In this document: in pieces, positions 8,802 to 17,846 of the stretch | How the letters are laid out: every line of letters begins with the position of its first letter | Position numbering within the stretch: position 1 is the stretch's first letter | Assembly (NCBI GenBank): GCA_038886535.1 | Contig: JAVZXS010000001.1 | Location: 100,954-164,953, forward strand | Origin: Candidatus Micrarchaeia archaeon | GTDB lineage: Archaea; Micrarchaeota; Micrarchaeia; CABMEP01 | Direction: 5' to 3' | DNA length: 64,000 nucleotides | The notes under the pieces: model-generated | What the model was told of the DNA's origin: nothing | The model's database searches: none | What the model saw: only the letters and a program-made list of their open reading frames with translations | Program-made: the position numbers and the translations under genes

Positions 8802-10343
8802 ATGGGAGAGATCGGATATAAGAGTCCATACGATGCAGTTGAAGCTTTCCAGCATAAAATAAATTTAGAATGGCCATTAACAAAGGCATTGATAGAAACA
8901 GGAAAGGAGCTTTATAATGAAGGATATTATTTTGTAAGCCATAAATACATATTAAAAAACAATCTTCTTGTTTTAAACAGAAGCAATGGCGCCGAATCGA
9001 ATTTCTTCCTTTTCATAAAAGCAAGAAGTAAGAGTGAACTTGATGTCTTTTTCAGCAATCCATCAAAAGACAAAAGTGTTAAAAGAGAAGATCTGATTCT
9101 TCATCATTCTGTAAAGTCATCAAATAATAAAGATGAAATCATTCAAGGTATTCGCAAAGTAATTGCAAAAATTAAAGCTTATTCTGAAATGAAGCCATTA
9201 AATGAATATTGGGGCAATCTACATTCACATATAGGCACTATTAATGGAGAAAGAGTCTGGGATGATGGAATAACAGAAGATGAAAACTGGTTCCTTCAAT
9301 CAATGCTTTGGCATCATGATTTTCATGCATTAACATCACATAATTGGACGCATAATGAGGAAAGATTAAAATTTATAGATGAGATGTGCTCTTCTGCAAA
9401 TATTGTTTTTATTCCTGGTTGGGAAAATACTACAACAGTAAAAGACAGAGTGAAATCACCCCATATCTTGGTTCTATGTAAGAACATTCAAACAGCAATG
9501 AAGGCTAAGTATGAATTTCTCTCAAAGAAATTAGAAGGAAGAGAAGGCGTGGTGACACCAGTTCTCGTGGGGGTGCCAGGTCCTTATAAAAAACATTTAC
9601 ATTACCTCAAGTCTCTCCATGATAATCTTGAAGCTGCTTTGATTATAGCTCATCCATCCTCGCAAAATGCAGGAATAGATATATTAGATCCATCTATCTT
9701 TGAATTACTAGGAGAAAAAGAAACTCTGGAAATACTTTTCAATTTTGCAGATGGTATAGAACAATTCAATTTTCATGAAGTAAAATCAGGAATGGCAAGA
9801 AATCCAACAATAAGTAAATTTATACCTATAGAAGGAGAGAATAAACATCCTCTTTCACATATGGTTGTTAATTACTTTGTAGGCGAACACGGAAAGAAAA
9901 TAGGTTTGTTAACATTTGCAAACCAAGATGACCATTATCAACCAAATATAGATTCAGGCTTAATAAGTGATTATTCATATGGATACAATTCACTGGTTCT
10001 TAAAGTTGAAACATTCAAGCATTTCCAGACGCTTGGAAGGAAATTCAATTCAGAAGAATTTATTCATGCTTTAATAAAAAGAAAAATGCCGAATTGCGAA
10101 GAGGAAATAGAAATAAAGCCAGTTGCATTTTTAGAAATTAGGGAAAATAAAGACATTGATTTTTGGGAGAATAGAAAGAAATCAAATATTGAAAAAATAA
10201 AGGAATGGATAAATACACAGCCAGGATATTATTGGAATATAGCTAAGCTTCAACTTAAATATTGGTTTGGTAACAAGGAGCAGAAGAAAGAAATTATGAA
10301 TGAATTAGAAAAGGCAAAATCATATAACGAATCTCCTAAATAA
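8802..10343 (+). CDS. PHP-like metal-dependent phosphoesterase with N-terminal extension
   Basis: NLHSH, DFHALTSHN, GWEN, HILVL, AHP, NQDDH match PHP metal-ligand motifs. Confidence 0.65.
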   Translation: MGEIGYKSPYDAVEAFQHKINLEWPLTKALIETGKELYNEGYYFVSHKYILKNNLLVLNRSNGAESNFFLFIKARSKSELDVFFSNPSKDKSVKREDLILHHSVKSSNNKDEIIQGIRKVIAKIKAYSEMKPLNEYWGNLHSHIGTINGERVWDDGITEDENWFLQSMLWHHDFHALTSHNWTHNEERLKFIDEMCSSANIVFIPGWENTTTVKDRVKSPHILVLCKNIQTAMKAKYEFLSKKLEGREGVVTPVLVGVPGPYKKHLHYLKSLHDNLEAALIIAHPSSQNAGIDILDPSIFELLGEKETLEILFNFADGIEQFNFHEVKSGMARNPTISKFIPIEGENKHPLSHMVVNYFVGEHGKKIGLLTFANQDDHYQPNIDSGLISDYSYGYNSLVLKVETFKHFQTLGRKFNSEEFIHALIKRKMPNCEEEIEIKPVAFLEIRENKDIDFWENRKKSNIEKIKEWINTQPGYYWNIAKLQLKYWFGNKEQKKEIMNELEKAKSYNESPK

Positions 10344-10458
10344 TTAACAAAGACTACTGATTCAATGATACACATTTAAATCTTATTATTAAAATATAAA
10401 CATTGTTATTTTAATCTTATATAGTCTATATACTGATTTTAATTCAAATGGTGGGAGA

Positions 10459-11856
10459 TTGGATTATCCTGAAACAAGTAGAGAGATAAAGGTACCTACG
10501 AATCCAATAGATAAAGTTATAGGTCAAGATGAAGCAATAAAATATGTAAAGATCGCAGCATCTCAAAAAAGACATATTCTTTTAGTGGGAGCTCCAGGTA
10601 CTGGAAAAAGCATGATTGCACAGGCAATGGCATCCCTTCTTCCAAAGCCTAATTATGAAATCTCTGTACTTGATAATCCAGAACATCCAGAAAGACCTAT
10701 TCTAGAAGTTCGCTCAAGATTTGATATAGAACATGAAAAGAAAATTCCAAAACCGAAAATAGTAAAACCGGTGGACGTTCCAATTGTAGTAGCTGAAAGA
10801 TTGGGTCTTAGATGCAAAAGATGTGGTTTTTTAAGCAAACCTGAGATATCCTCATGTCCAAACTGTGGTGCAGACAAATATAAAACTCATACTTCTCCAT
10901 TTGATGATATTGTTTTCGGTGGTTCAGCTAGAGAAGATAAGGTTTTTTCTTCAGAATATATAAATGGTGTAGAACAAAAAGTAATGTACGAGTATAAAAA
11001 AGGAAACATCTACCTTTATGATGAAGAGGCGTTGGCAGCAAGAGAACATGCTACTGTTCAGAGGAATGTGATAGTTCCTTTAGAGAGATCTCTTTTTGTT
11101 CAGGCAACTGGAGCTTCTGAAACAGAGCTTCTCGGTGATGTTAGACATGATCCCTATGGAGGGCATAGTGAGATAGGTACAAAGCCATTCAAAAGGGTGG
11201 TTCCAGGAGCAGTGCACGAGGCTCATGAAGGAGTTCTTTTTATAGACGAACTTTCAAATTTAGGACATCTTCAGAGGTATCTTCTTACCGCAATGCAGGA
11301 AAAGAAGTTTCCAATAACAGGTAGGAATCCAACAAGTTCTGGAGCATCTGTCAGAGTCGATAATGTTCCATGTGATTTTATTCTTGTCGGTGCGCTTAAT
11401 TTTGCTGATGTAGGTACATTGCTTCCACCATTGCGTTCAAGGATTCTTGGAAACGGGTTTGAGGTTTTAATGAACACTGTAATGGAAGATAATGAGAAAA
11501 ATGTAAAAAAACTCATGCAGTTCATAGCTCAAGAAATAATCGCAGATGGAAGGATTCCTCATGCAAGTGCAAAAGCGATCGAAGCAATAATTAATGAAGC
11601 AAGAAGAAAAGCAAAGCTTTATGACAACAAGGAAGGATTGACATTAAGATTAAGAGACCTCTCTGGAATAATCAAGCTTGCAGGTGATTTTGCAGTAATT
11701 GACGGAGCTGAATTAATAGAAGAAAAACATGTTGCATTAGCAATAGAGAAAGCAAAACCAATTGAGCAGCAGATGCAAAAGAAGTATGGTTCAGTATGGA
11801 GAAGCAGTGCATCAGATTATGGCATCTCTAAGGCGCCAGATGAACATATATTCTAA
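10459..11856 (+). CDS. Lon-type (LonB-related) AAA+ ATPase lacking the protease domain, with Zn-ribbon insertion
   Basis: DKVIGQDEA, Walker A GAPGTGKS, DVRHDPYGG, AHEGVLFIDE, LRSRI, LRLRDL; CKRC-x10-CPNC; ends about 45 aa after the AAA lid. Confidence 0.85.
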   Translation: MDYPETSREIKVPTNPIDKVIGQDEAIKYVKIAASQKRHILLVGAPGTGKSMIAQAMASLLPKPNYEISVLDNPEHPERPILEVRSRFDIEHEKKIPKPKIVKPVDVPIVVAERLGLRCKRCGFLSKPEISSCPNCGADKYKTHTSPFDDIVFGGSAREDKVFSSEYINGVEQKVMYEYKKGNIYLYDEEALAAREHATVQRNVIVPLERSLFVQATGASETELLGDVRHDPYGGHSEIGTKPFKRVVPGAVHEAHEGVLFIDELSNLGHLQRYLLTAMQEKKFPITGRNPTSSGASVRVDNVPCDFILVGALNFADVGTLLPPLRSRILGNGFEVLMNTVMEDNEKNVKKLMQFIAQEIIADGRIPHASAKAIEAIINEARRKAKLYDNKEGLTLRLRDLSGIIKLAGDFAVIDGAELIEEKHVALAIEKAKPIEQQMQKKYGSVWRSSASDYGISKAPDEHIF

Positions 11857-11970
11857 AAGCATATTATAAAACATTTATATCACAACTAAAATAAGTATAA
11901 ATAAGATTGTATTCTGGGATTACATTAAAATTAAATATCTTTTCGACATAATAATATTAAATTCTTTTTA

Positions 11971-12043
11971 GGCCCTGTAGTCGAATGGTTAAGACGCCAC
12001 TCTGACACGGTGGAGATTCGGAGTTCGATTCTCCGCGGGGCCA
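11971..12043 (+). tRNA. tRNA-Val(GAC)
   Basis: GGCCCUG..CCACU-CUGACAC-GGUGG..UUCGAUU..CGGGGCC-A cloverleaf. Confidence 0.95.
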
Positions 12044-12092
12044 CTTAACTTTTTTATATTTAAAGGAAAATAGATCAAAAAATGGATTATAA

Positions 12093-13475
12093 TCAGATTT
12101 CACATTTTAGATTTTCTCTTCTAATTATTTCTCTCGCTGCAATCAATCCCGTAACAGCAGCTGTAACTATTCCTCCACTTACCCCAGCTCCATCTCCTAC
12201 AGTAAAGAGATTTTTGATCTGTTTACATTCCATATTTTTACTTATATCTAATCTTACAGATTTGAACTTGATCTCAGGAGCATACAATAAGGTATGCTCT
12301 TGATTCACTCCAGGTATAACCCCAGAAAGCATGTCTAATCCCTCAACTATGTCATTTACAATTCTTTCAGGCATTGCCATGCTTATATCTCCAGGAGTTA
12401 CCTCTTTGTTTGTTGGTTCAACATAGCTCTTTTCAATTCTATCCCAAGTACTCCTTCTTCCTTTCTTGAGGTCGCCAAGTCTTTGAAGTATGGGTTTTCC
12501 ACCACCGATTGTAGTTGCAAGCCTTGCAATGCTTTCTCCGTAGAGTGTTGTATTTTCAACCGGTTCTGTTAATTTCACTCTGACTAGAAATGCAAAATTA
12601 GTATTGTTTGATTTTTTATCCTTCATGCTATGGCCATTAACAGAGACGAAGTCGCCATAGTTTTCAGTTATAACGAAGCCTTTAGGGTTGGTGCAAAAAG
12701 TTCTTACAAAATCATCATATTTTTTAGTAGTTATATGAAACTTAGGATCCCAGTTTATTGAAGTAACCTCTTCCATAACTTCATTATTTACCTCAACCCT
12801 TACCCCAATATCCAAAGGACCATATTCATAATTTATTCTATATTTATTTGCTAAATCAAGAAGCCATCTTGATCCAGCTCTTCCAGGCGCAAGTATTACG
12901 TAATCAGAATTAATCTCATATTCTTTATTGTTTTCAACTATCAATCCTTTTATTTTATTATCTTCTATTATCAAGTCTTTTGCCTTTGTTTTTATCTTTA
13001 TTTCCACTCCATTATTTTCCATTTCTCTCTTTATATTTTGGACAACAGATGGAAGATGATCTGAGCCAACATGCTTTTGTTTTATAGGAATATACTTTAT
13101 GCCTGCCTGCATAGCCTTTATCCTTAATTCCTCTGCCTTATGGTTTACTTCTGCCTTAGTTTCCACTCCATTCTTAACCAAAACATTGTCTACATAAGCA
13201 ATCAACTTTTCAGCATCGCTTCTGCTTGTGAATTCAAGCATGTTTCCTCCTATCTCTGGATCAAGGTTTATCTTTCCGTCAGAAAAAGTTCCGCTTCCAC
13301 CCATTCCTTGAATATAATGTGGCGCTGCAGTAGATCCTCCATCTTTGATCTTTTCAGATCTCTCTTTTATATCCTCTCCCATTTCAACCAAAACTACATT
13401 CATACCTGCTTTTCCTAAAAGATAGGATGCGAAAATTCCTGCTGGACCAGCACCGACAACTATTACTTTCTTCAT
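12093..13475 (-). CDS. FAD-dependent oxidoreductase (COG2509-like)
   Basis: VIVVGAGPAG Rossmann motif, GMGGSGTFSDGK, RTFCTNPKG, GDGAGVSGGI; start trimmed to MKKVIVV. Confidence 0.85.
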   Translation of the reverse strand: MKKVIVVGAGPAGIFASYLLGKAGMNVVLVEMGEDIKERSEKIKDGGSTAAPHYIQGMGGSGTFSDGKINLDPEIGGNMLEFTSRSDAEKLIAYVDNVLVKNGVETKAEVNHKAEELRIKAMQAGIKYIPIKQKHVGSDHLPSVVQNIKREMENNGVEIKIKTKAKDLIIEDNKIKGLIVENNKEYEINSDYVILAPGRAGSRWLLDLANKYRINYEYGPLDIGVRVEVNNEVMEEVTSINWDPKFHITTKKYDDFVRTFCTNPKGFVITENYGDFVSVNGHSMKDKKSNNTNFAFLVRVKLTEPVENTTLYGESIARLATTIGGGKPILQRLGDLKKGRRSTWDRIEKSYVEPTNKEVTPGDISMAMPERIVNDIVEGLDMLSGVIPGVNQEHTLLYAPEIKFKSVRLDISKNMECKQIKNLFTVGDGAGVSGGIVTAAVTGLIAAREIIRRENLKCEI

Positions 13476-13634
13476 AACTATCCAGTCATCATTTTTTACA
13501 AACATATTTTAATCTATCTAATCTTCACTGCGAATTTTTTCTCATTTTAATTTTAAATTGAGAAATAGTGATTCATTAGGTTCTAATATGATAATACTTT
13601 AAAATTTTATGTTCAATTTGTTTTTATTAAATTT

Positions 13635-14288
13635 TTGGTGATAAATTTGGAATCAATTTTCAATGATATAAAGAGAGGTAGACCTGTTCTTGTATATGAA
13701 CCTGAAGAAGATGAATTTTCTATGATGATTTTGGCAAATAAAATGAATATAAGTAAGATGCGTCTTATGAAGAAATACGCTTCTGGAGATATCGGAGTAG
13801 CTATATCTTATGAACTTGCCTCAAAAATAAAAATCCCATTTCTTCATGAGTTAATTATTTCTCATAAAAAGAAAATTCCAAACATAAAAAAAAGCAGTTT
13901 ATCTTTACTTATTGACCATGTTAAGGCGAAAACAGGATCATCAGATAAAGATAAATTATTATTAATTAAAGAAATAGCATCTGCTGCTAAGAGTAAAAAT
14001 TATGAAAAATTTGTCAAAAATATTTACATTCCAGGTCATCTTAAATTTTTTATTGCAGCAAAAGGTCTTTTAGATTCAAGACAAGGTCATACAGAATTAA
14101 ATGTAGCACTTGCTAGATTAAGTGGCCTTAAACCTCACGAAGTAGCAATAGTAATGTGTTCTCTTCGAAATCCAAAAAATGGAAAAATGATTACTAAGAA
14201 AGACTTAAATAAATTTTCTGACTTAAAAAAATTGCCAATAATTGATAGAGATGTAATCTTAAGATATTGGAGAGAAGAGTATGGATAA
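13635..14288 (+). CDS. Archaeal-type RibB (DHBP synthase) homolog with degenerate active site
   Basis: KRGRPVLVY, IPF, KTG..D.D, PGH, AAKGLLDSRQGHTEL.VALA resemble archaeal RibB; true start may be GTG 13638 or TTG 13647. Confidence 0.8.
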   Translation: MVINLESIFNDIKRGRPVLVYEPEEDEFSMMILANKMNISKMRLMKKYASGDIGVAISYELASKIKIPFLHELIISHKKKIPNIKKSSLSLLIDHVKAKTGSSDKDKLLLIKEIASAAKSKNYEKFVKNIYIPGHLKFFIAAKGLLDSRQGHTELNVALARLSGLKPHEVAIVMCSLRNPKNGKMITKKDLNKFSDLKKLPIIDRDVILRYWREEYG

Positions 14289-15216
14289 TATTCTTAAAAA
14301 GCTGTATATGATTAGATACTTTGAAGAAAAAGTTGCTGAATTGCATAAAGAAGGAATTGTTAACGGAACAGATCATTTCAGTACAGGTCAAGAAGCTATT
14401 CCAATAGGAGTTTGTTCACACTTAAGGAAAAGTGATATAGTTACATGCGGACACAGAGTATATCACATCGCACTGAGTTGTGGGTTGAAACCAGAAAAAA
14501 TTTTTGCAGAACTACTTGGAAAAACAACAGGATATAATAAAGGATATGCGGGAGCGATGCATTTTTCATCAAAAAGTGAAGGCTTTTGGGGAGCTAACGG
14601 AATAGTAAGTGCTAATGTAGCTATTTCTAGTGGTATAGCATTAAGTTTAAAGGTACAAAAAAGTAATTCTATTGTTGTAACATTTCTTGGAGATGGTGCT
14701 ACAACACAAGGTATATTTCATGAAACTCTTAATATGGCCTCTCTTTGGAATTTACCAATACTTTTTGTTTGTGAAAACAACTATTGGGCTCAATCAACAT
14801 CTATAAAAGAACATTCTGCCGTAATAGATCTTGCAAAGAAGGTAAAAGGAGCATATAATATAGAATCTTTAAGAGTAGATGGAACAGATATAAATAAAGT
14901 GATGAAGAGTAGCAAGATAGCAATAGATAAAGTTAGAAAAGGAAAACCTGTGTTTATAGAATTTTTGACATACAGACAATGCGGACATTCAATAAATGAT
15001 GTTGATAAATCATATTTCACAAAAGAATATATAAGAAAAGCAAAACTAAATGATCCAATAATAAAATATGAGAGATATCTTATTAAGAAGAAATTAATAA
15101 CGAGAGAAAAAATTGAAGAGTTAAAGAAGGAAATAAAGGAGCAGCTTGAAAAAGATCTAATTGCAGCTAAAAATGCTAGATTGACCGAATTAAATGAAAT
15201 AGAGGTTTTTAAATGA
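14281..15216 (+). CDS. TPP-dependent dehydrogenase E1 alpha subunit (PDH/acetoin dehydrogenase-like)
   Basis: STGQEA, GAMH, GANGIV, GDGATTQG..CENN TPP motif, YRQCGHS. Confidence 0.9.
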   Translation: MDNILKKLYMIRYFEEKVAELHKEGIVNGTDHFSTGQEAIPIGVCSHLRKSDIVTCGHRVYHIALSCGLKPEKIFAELLGKTTGYNKGYAGAMHFSSKSEGFWGANGIVSANVAISSGIALSLKVQKSNSIVVTFLGDGATTQGIFHETLNMASLWNLPILFVCENNYWAQSTSIKEHSAVIDLAKKVKGAYNIESLRVDGTDINKVMKSSKIAIDKVRKGKPVFIEFLTYRQCGHSINDVDKSYFTKEYIRKAKLNDPIIKYERYLIKKKLITREKIEELKKEIKEQLEKDLIAAKNARLTELNEIEVFK

Positions 15217-16133
15217 AATATATCGATGCGATTAGAAATGTAATAATAAATGAAATGGAAAATAATGAAAAGATAATTGTCATGGGACAAGATATTAGAG
15301 AGTGGGGAGGTTCCTCTGGGCTATTTAAAGGCCTAGATAAAAGGTTTAAAGGTAGAATAATAAACACACCTATTTCAGAAGCAGCAACCGTAGGTATAGG
15401 AATCGGGGCAGCAATGAACGGAATGAGACCAATAATAGAATTTACTTTCTTTGATTTTCTACTTTGTGCAGCCGATCCTATAATCAACCATGCTGCAAAA
15501 ATAAAAGCTCTTTCTAATGGAGATTTTAATGTTCCTTTAATTATAAGAGGAGTTCTATCATCTCATAGAGGTTATGGTGCAACTCATTCGCAAAATTTAG
15601 AATATATCTTCATGTGTCCAGGACTTAATGTTGTATATCCTTCAAATCCAGATGATGCAGCAGGGCTTATGAGATATGCACTAAATCAGAGTGATCCTGT
15701 TTTATTCATCGAGCATAAACTTTTGCACAACATGGAAGGAGGGGTTACATCAGAATCAGTACCATTTGGAAAGGCTAAGATAAGGCAGAAAGGTAAGAAT
15801 CTGGGGATTATTACATATGGAAGATTAGTTCCAATTGTAGAAAGAATAATTAAAGATATGGATGTTGAATTGCTTGACTTAAGGTCATTAAATCCTTTAG
15901 ATAAAGAATCGATAATTGCAATTAGTAGAAAAACAGAAAAAATTCTTATAATAGAAGATGGTATCGGATTTGTTGCATCTAAAGTTGCAGCTATAGTGCA
16001 TGAAAACTCAAACGCAAAGGTAAAAATAATGCATGCAAAAGAGTTTCCAATTCCTGCTGCCAAAAATTTGGAAAATTATGTTTTACTTACAGATGACAAA
16101 ATTACAGAAGTAATAACCTCTTTTATTAAATGA
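15213..16133 (+). CDS. TPP-dependent dehydrogenase E1 beta subunit
   Basis: MGQDI, NTPISEA, GMRPIIE, GATHSQ, PVLFIEHKLL, DLRSLNPLD; ATGA overlap with alpha subunit. Confidence 0.9.
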   Translation: MKYIDAIRNVIINEMENNEKIIVMGQDIREWGGSSGLFKGLDKRFKGRIINTPISEAATVGIGIGAAMNGMRPIIEFTFFDFLLCAADPIINHAAKIKALSNGDFNVPLIIRGVLSSHRGYGATHSQNLEYIFMCPGLNVVYPSNPDDAAGLMRYALNQSDPVLFIEHKLLHNMEGGVTSESVPFGKAKIRQKGKNLGIITYGRLVPIVERIIKDMDVELLDLRSLNPLDKESIIAISRKTEKILIIEDGIGFVASKVAAIVHENSNAKVKIMHAKEFPIPAAKNLENYVLLTDDKITEVITSFIK

Positions 16134-16218
16134 GATATTGAATCATAAAATATAAATACTATTTTTACTTAATTTTATATTATTATCTGCTATTTGATAG
16201 TAGTTTATTAGTGATATT

Positions 16219-16974
16219 ATGGCAGAGATAACTGTTATCGTTGTTGGAAACATAGGTTCTGGAAAATCTACGTTTCTGAAAACTTTAGAAGAGAAGAAAA
16301 CAGGCTTTAGACTTCTTCCTCTTTTAAGCATGCCTGGAGAGATAAAAGTAGAAAAAGAATCTCCAGAAGTTTTAGAAATTGTTGACAAGAAGTTCTATCC
16401 TGCACTAAGAGAAAAGAATAAGGACATGCTGTTTGTTGCAGAGTTAGATATATTAAAGGCAAGGATAAGGCAGATGCAGGCAAACATGAGACAAGGAGGA
16501 ATAGTTTTCAACGAGAGATGTCCTTATGAAGATAGATATGTATTCGTCGCAAACCTAAATCAATCCGGCCTTCTATCAAAGGAACATTATGAGATATACA
16601 AAAGAGAATATGAATATAGCATGAGATCAGTATCCCCTCCTGATTTATTAATTTATCTTTATACTAAACCAGAGACTGCATTTAAAAGAAGAATGGATGA
16701 GATAAGGAGAGGGTCAGGTGGCCTACCAAGTGAATCTGGATTGACATTGGATTACATAAGACAGCTGCATACTTACTATGAGAACATGATAAATGAAGAA
16801 ATTCCGAAAGAGATTCCAAATTACAGGGATGTTATTTTAATAATCGATGCAGATAGGGACTTTAGCCCTAAAGATCTGATTCGTTTCCATAACTATATAG
16901 AAGAGAGAGCACATAGACTTCTTATGAAAAGAGGATTTTATAGCAATTCAAAATCAATATACAGACAAAAATGA
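16219..16974 (+). CDS. Deoxynucleoside kinase family protein 1
   Basis: P-loop GNIGSGKST, FY, ERCPYED, PDLLIYL, YIRQLHTYY. Confidence 0.82.
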   Translation: MAEITVIVVGNIGSGKSTFLKTLEEKKTGFRLLPLLSMPGEIKVEKESPEVLEIVDKKFYPALREKNKDMLFVAELDILKARIRQMQANMRQGGIVFNERCPYEDRYVFVANLNQSGLLSKEHYEIYKREYEYSMRSVSPPDLLIYLYTKPETAFKRRMDEIRRGSGGLPSESGLTLDYIRQLHTYYENMINEEIPKEIPNYRDVILIIDADRDFSPKDLIRFHNYIEERAHRLLMKRGFYSNSKSIYRQK

Positions 16975-16998
16975 TCATATATATTGGAGTGTGTTGTA

Positions 16999-17742
16999 AT
17001 GGCAGAAGTAATAATTGGTGTGATGGGAGGAATTGGAATAGGAAAATCTGAGTTCATTAAGTCAATGAAAAAAAGAAGATTCAGCTCGCAACTCCCATCA
17101 ATGCTAGTAACTCCTGGCGAATTGAAAGTATATGAAGAATCAAAGCAGGTCAAAGACATTGCAGCTTCTGTTTTTTATCCTGCACTAAAGAGAAATGATA
17201 AATATACTTGCTTTGCTGCAGAGATAGCTATGCTCAGCGCAAGAGTAGAACAGATGCTTCAGGCATCAAAAGAAAACGGAATAGTTCTTGTTGAAAGAAT
17301 TCCAGAAGAAAATAGATTCGTTTTTTTCGAGAACGACTATAAATCAGGAATATTCGGTGATCCAAATAGTAAGATTGCAAAATCATTCTACCAAAGTTAT
17401 TCTGCTACTTATCAATATCTAAAAAATAAAATTCCACCTGTAAATGTTTTTGTATATCTAGATGTTAAACCAGAAATTGCACTAAAAAGAATAAAAGAAA
17501 GAGGAAGGAAATCAGAGAGAGGCATTGATATCACTTATTTAAGAAATCTATATTCTCTTTATCAAAGATTGATTGATGAAATCCTACCTGAAATTGTTCC
17601 AATGTATGGGCAGAGGTTATTAAGAATAGATGCAAATAATGATATGAGCGATGAGGATTTGAAGAGATTCCATCTTCAGATAGAAGAAAGAATAATTAAG
17701 TCATTGCAACTACAAGGGTGGAGGCTAAAAAACCGAGAGTAA
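16999..17742 (+). CDS. Deoxynucleoside kinase family protein 2
   Basis: GGIGIGKS, FY, ERIPEE, VFVYLDVKPE, RIKERGRKSE, YLRNLYSLY. Confidence 0.82.
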   Translation: MAEVIIGVMGGIGIGKSEFIKSMKKRRFSSQLPSMLVTPGELKVYEESKQVKDIAASVFYPALKRNDKYTCFAAEIAMLSARVEQMLQASKENGIVLVERIPEENRFVFFENDYKSGIFGDPNSKIAKSFYQSYSATYQYLKNKIPPVNVFVYLDVKPEIALKRIKERGRKSERGIDITYLRNLYSLYQRLIDEILPEIVPMYGQRLLRIDANNDMSDEDLKRFHLQIEERIIKSLQLQGWRLKNRE

Positions 17743-17846
17743 ATAATGCCGAATATAACGAACATAAGAAAAACAGCAAAATAAATTAATAGCAGAATGG
17801 CTTCAAATAATTTATATTCTTTTTGTAGATTATCTAATTGGTTTTT

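Noticed and set aside
13476-13634. Possible FMN riboswitch upstream of the RibB-like gene
   Set aside because: The region is AT-rich with none of the conserved RFN sequence blocks.
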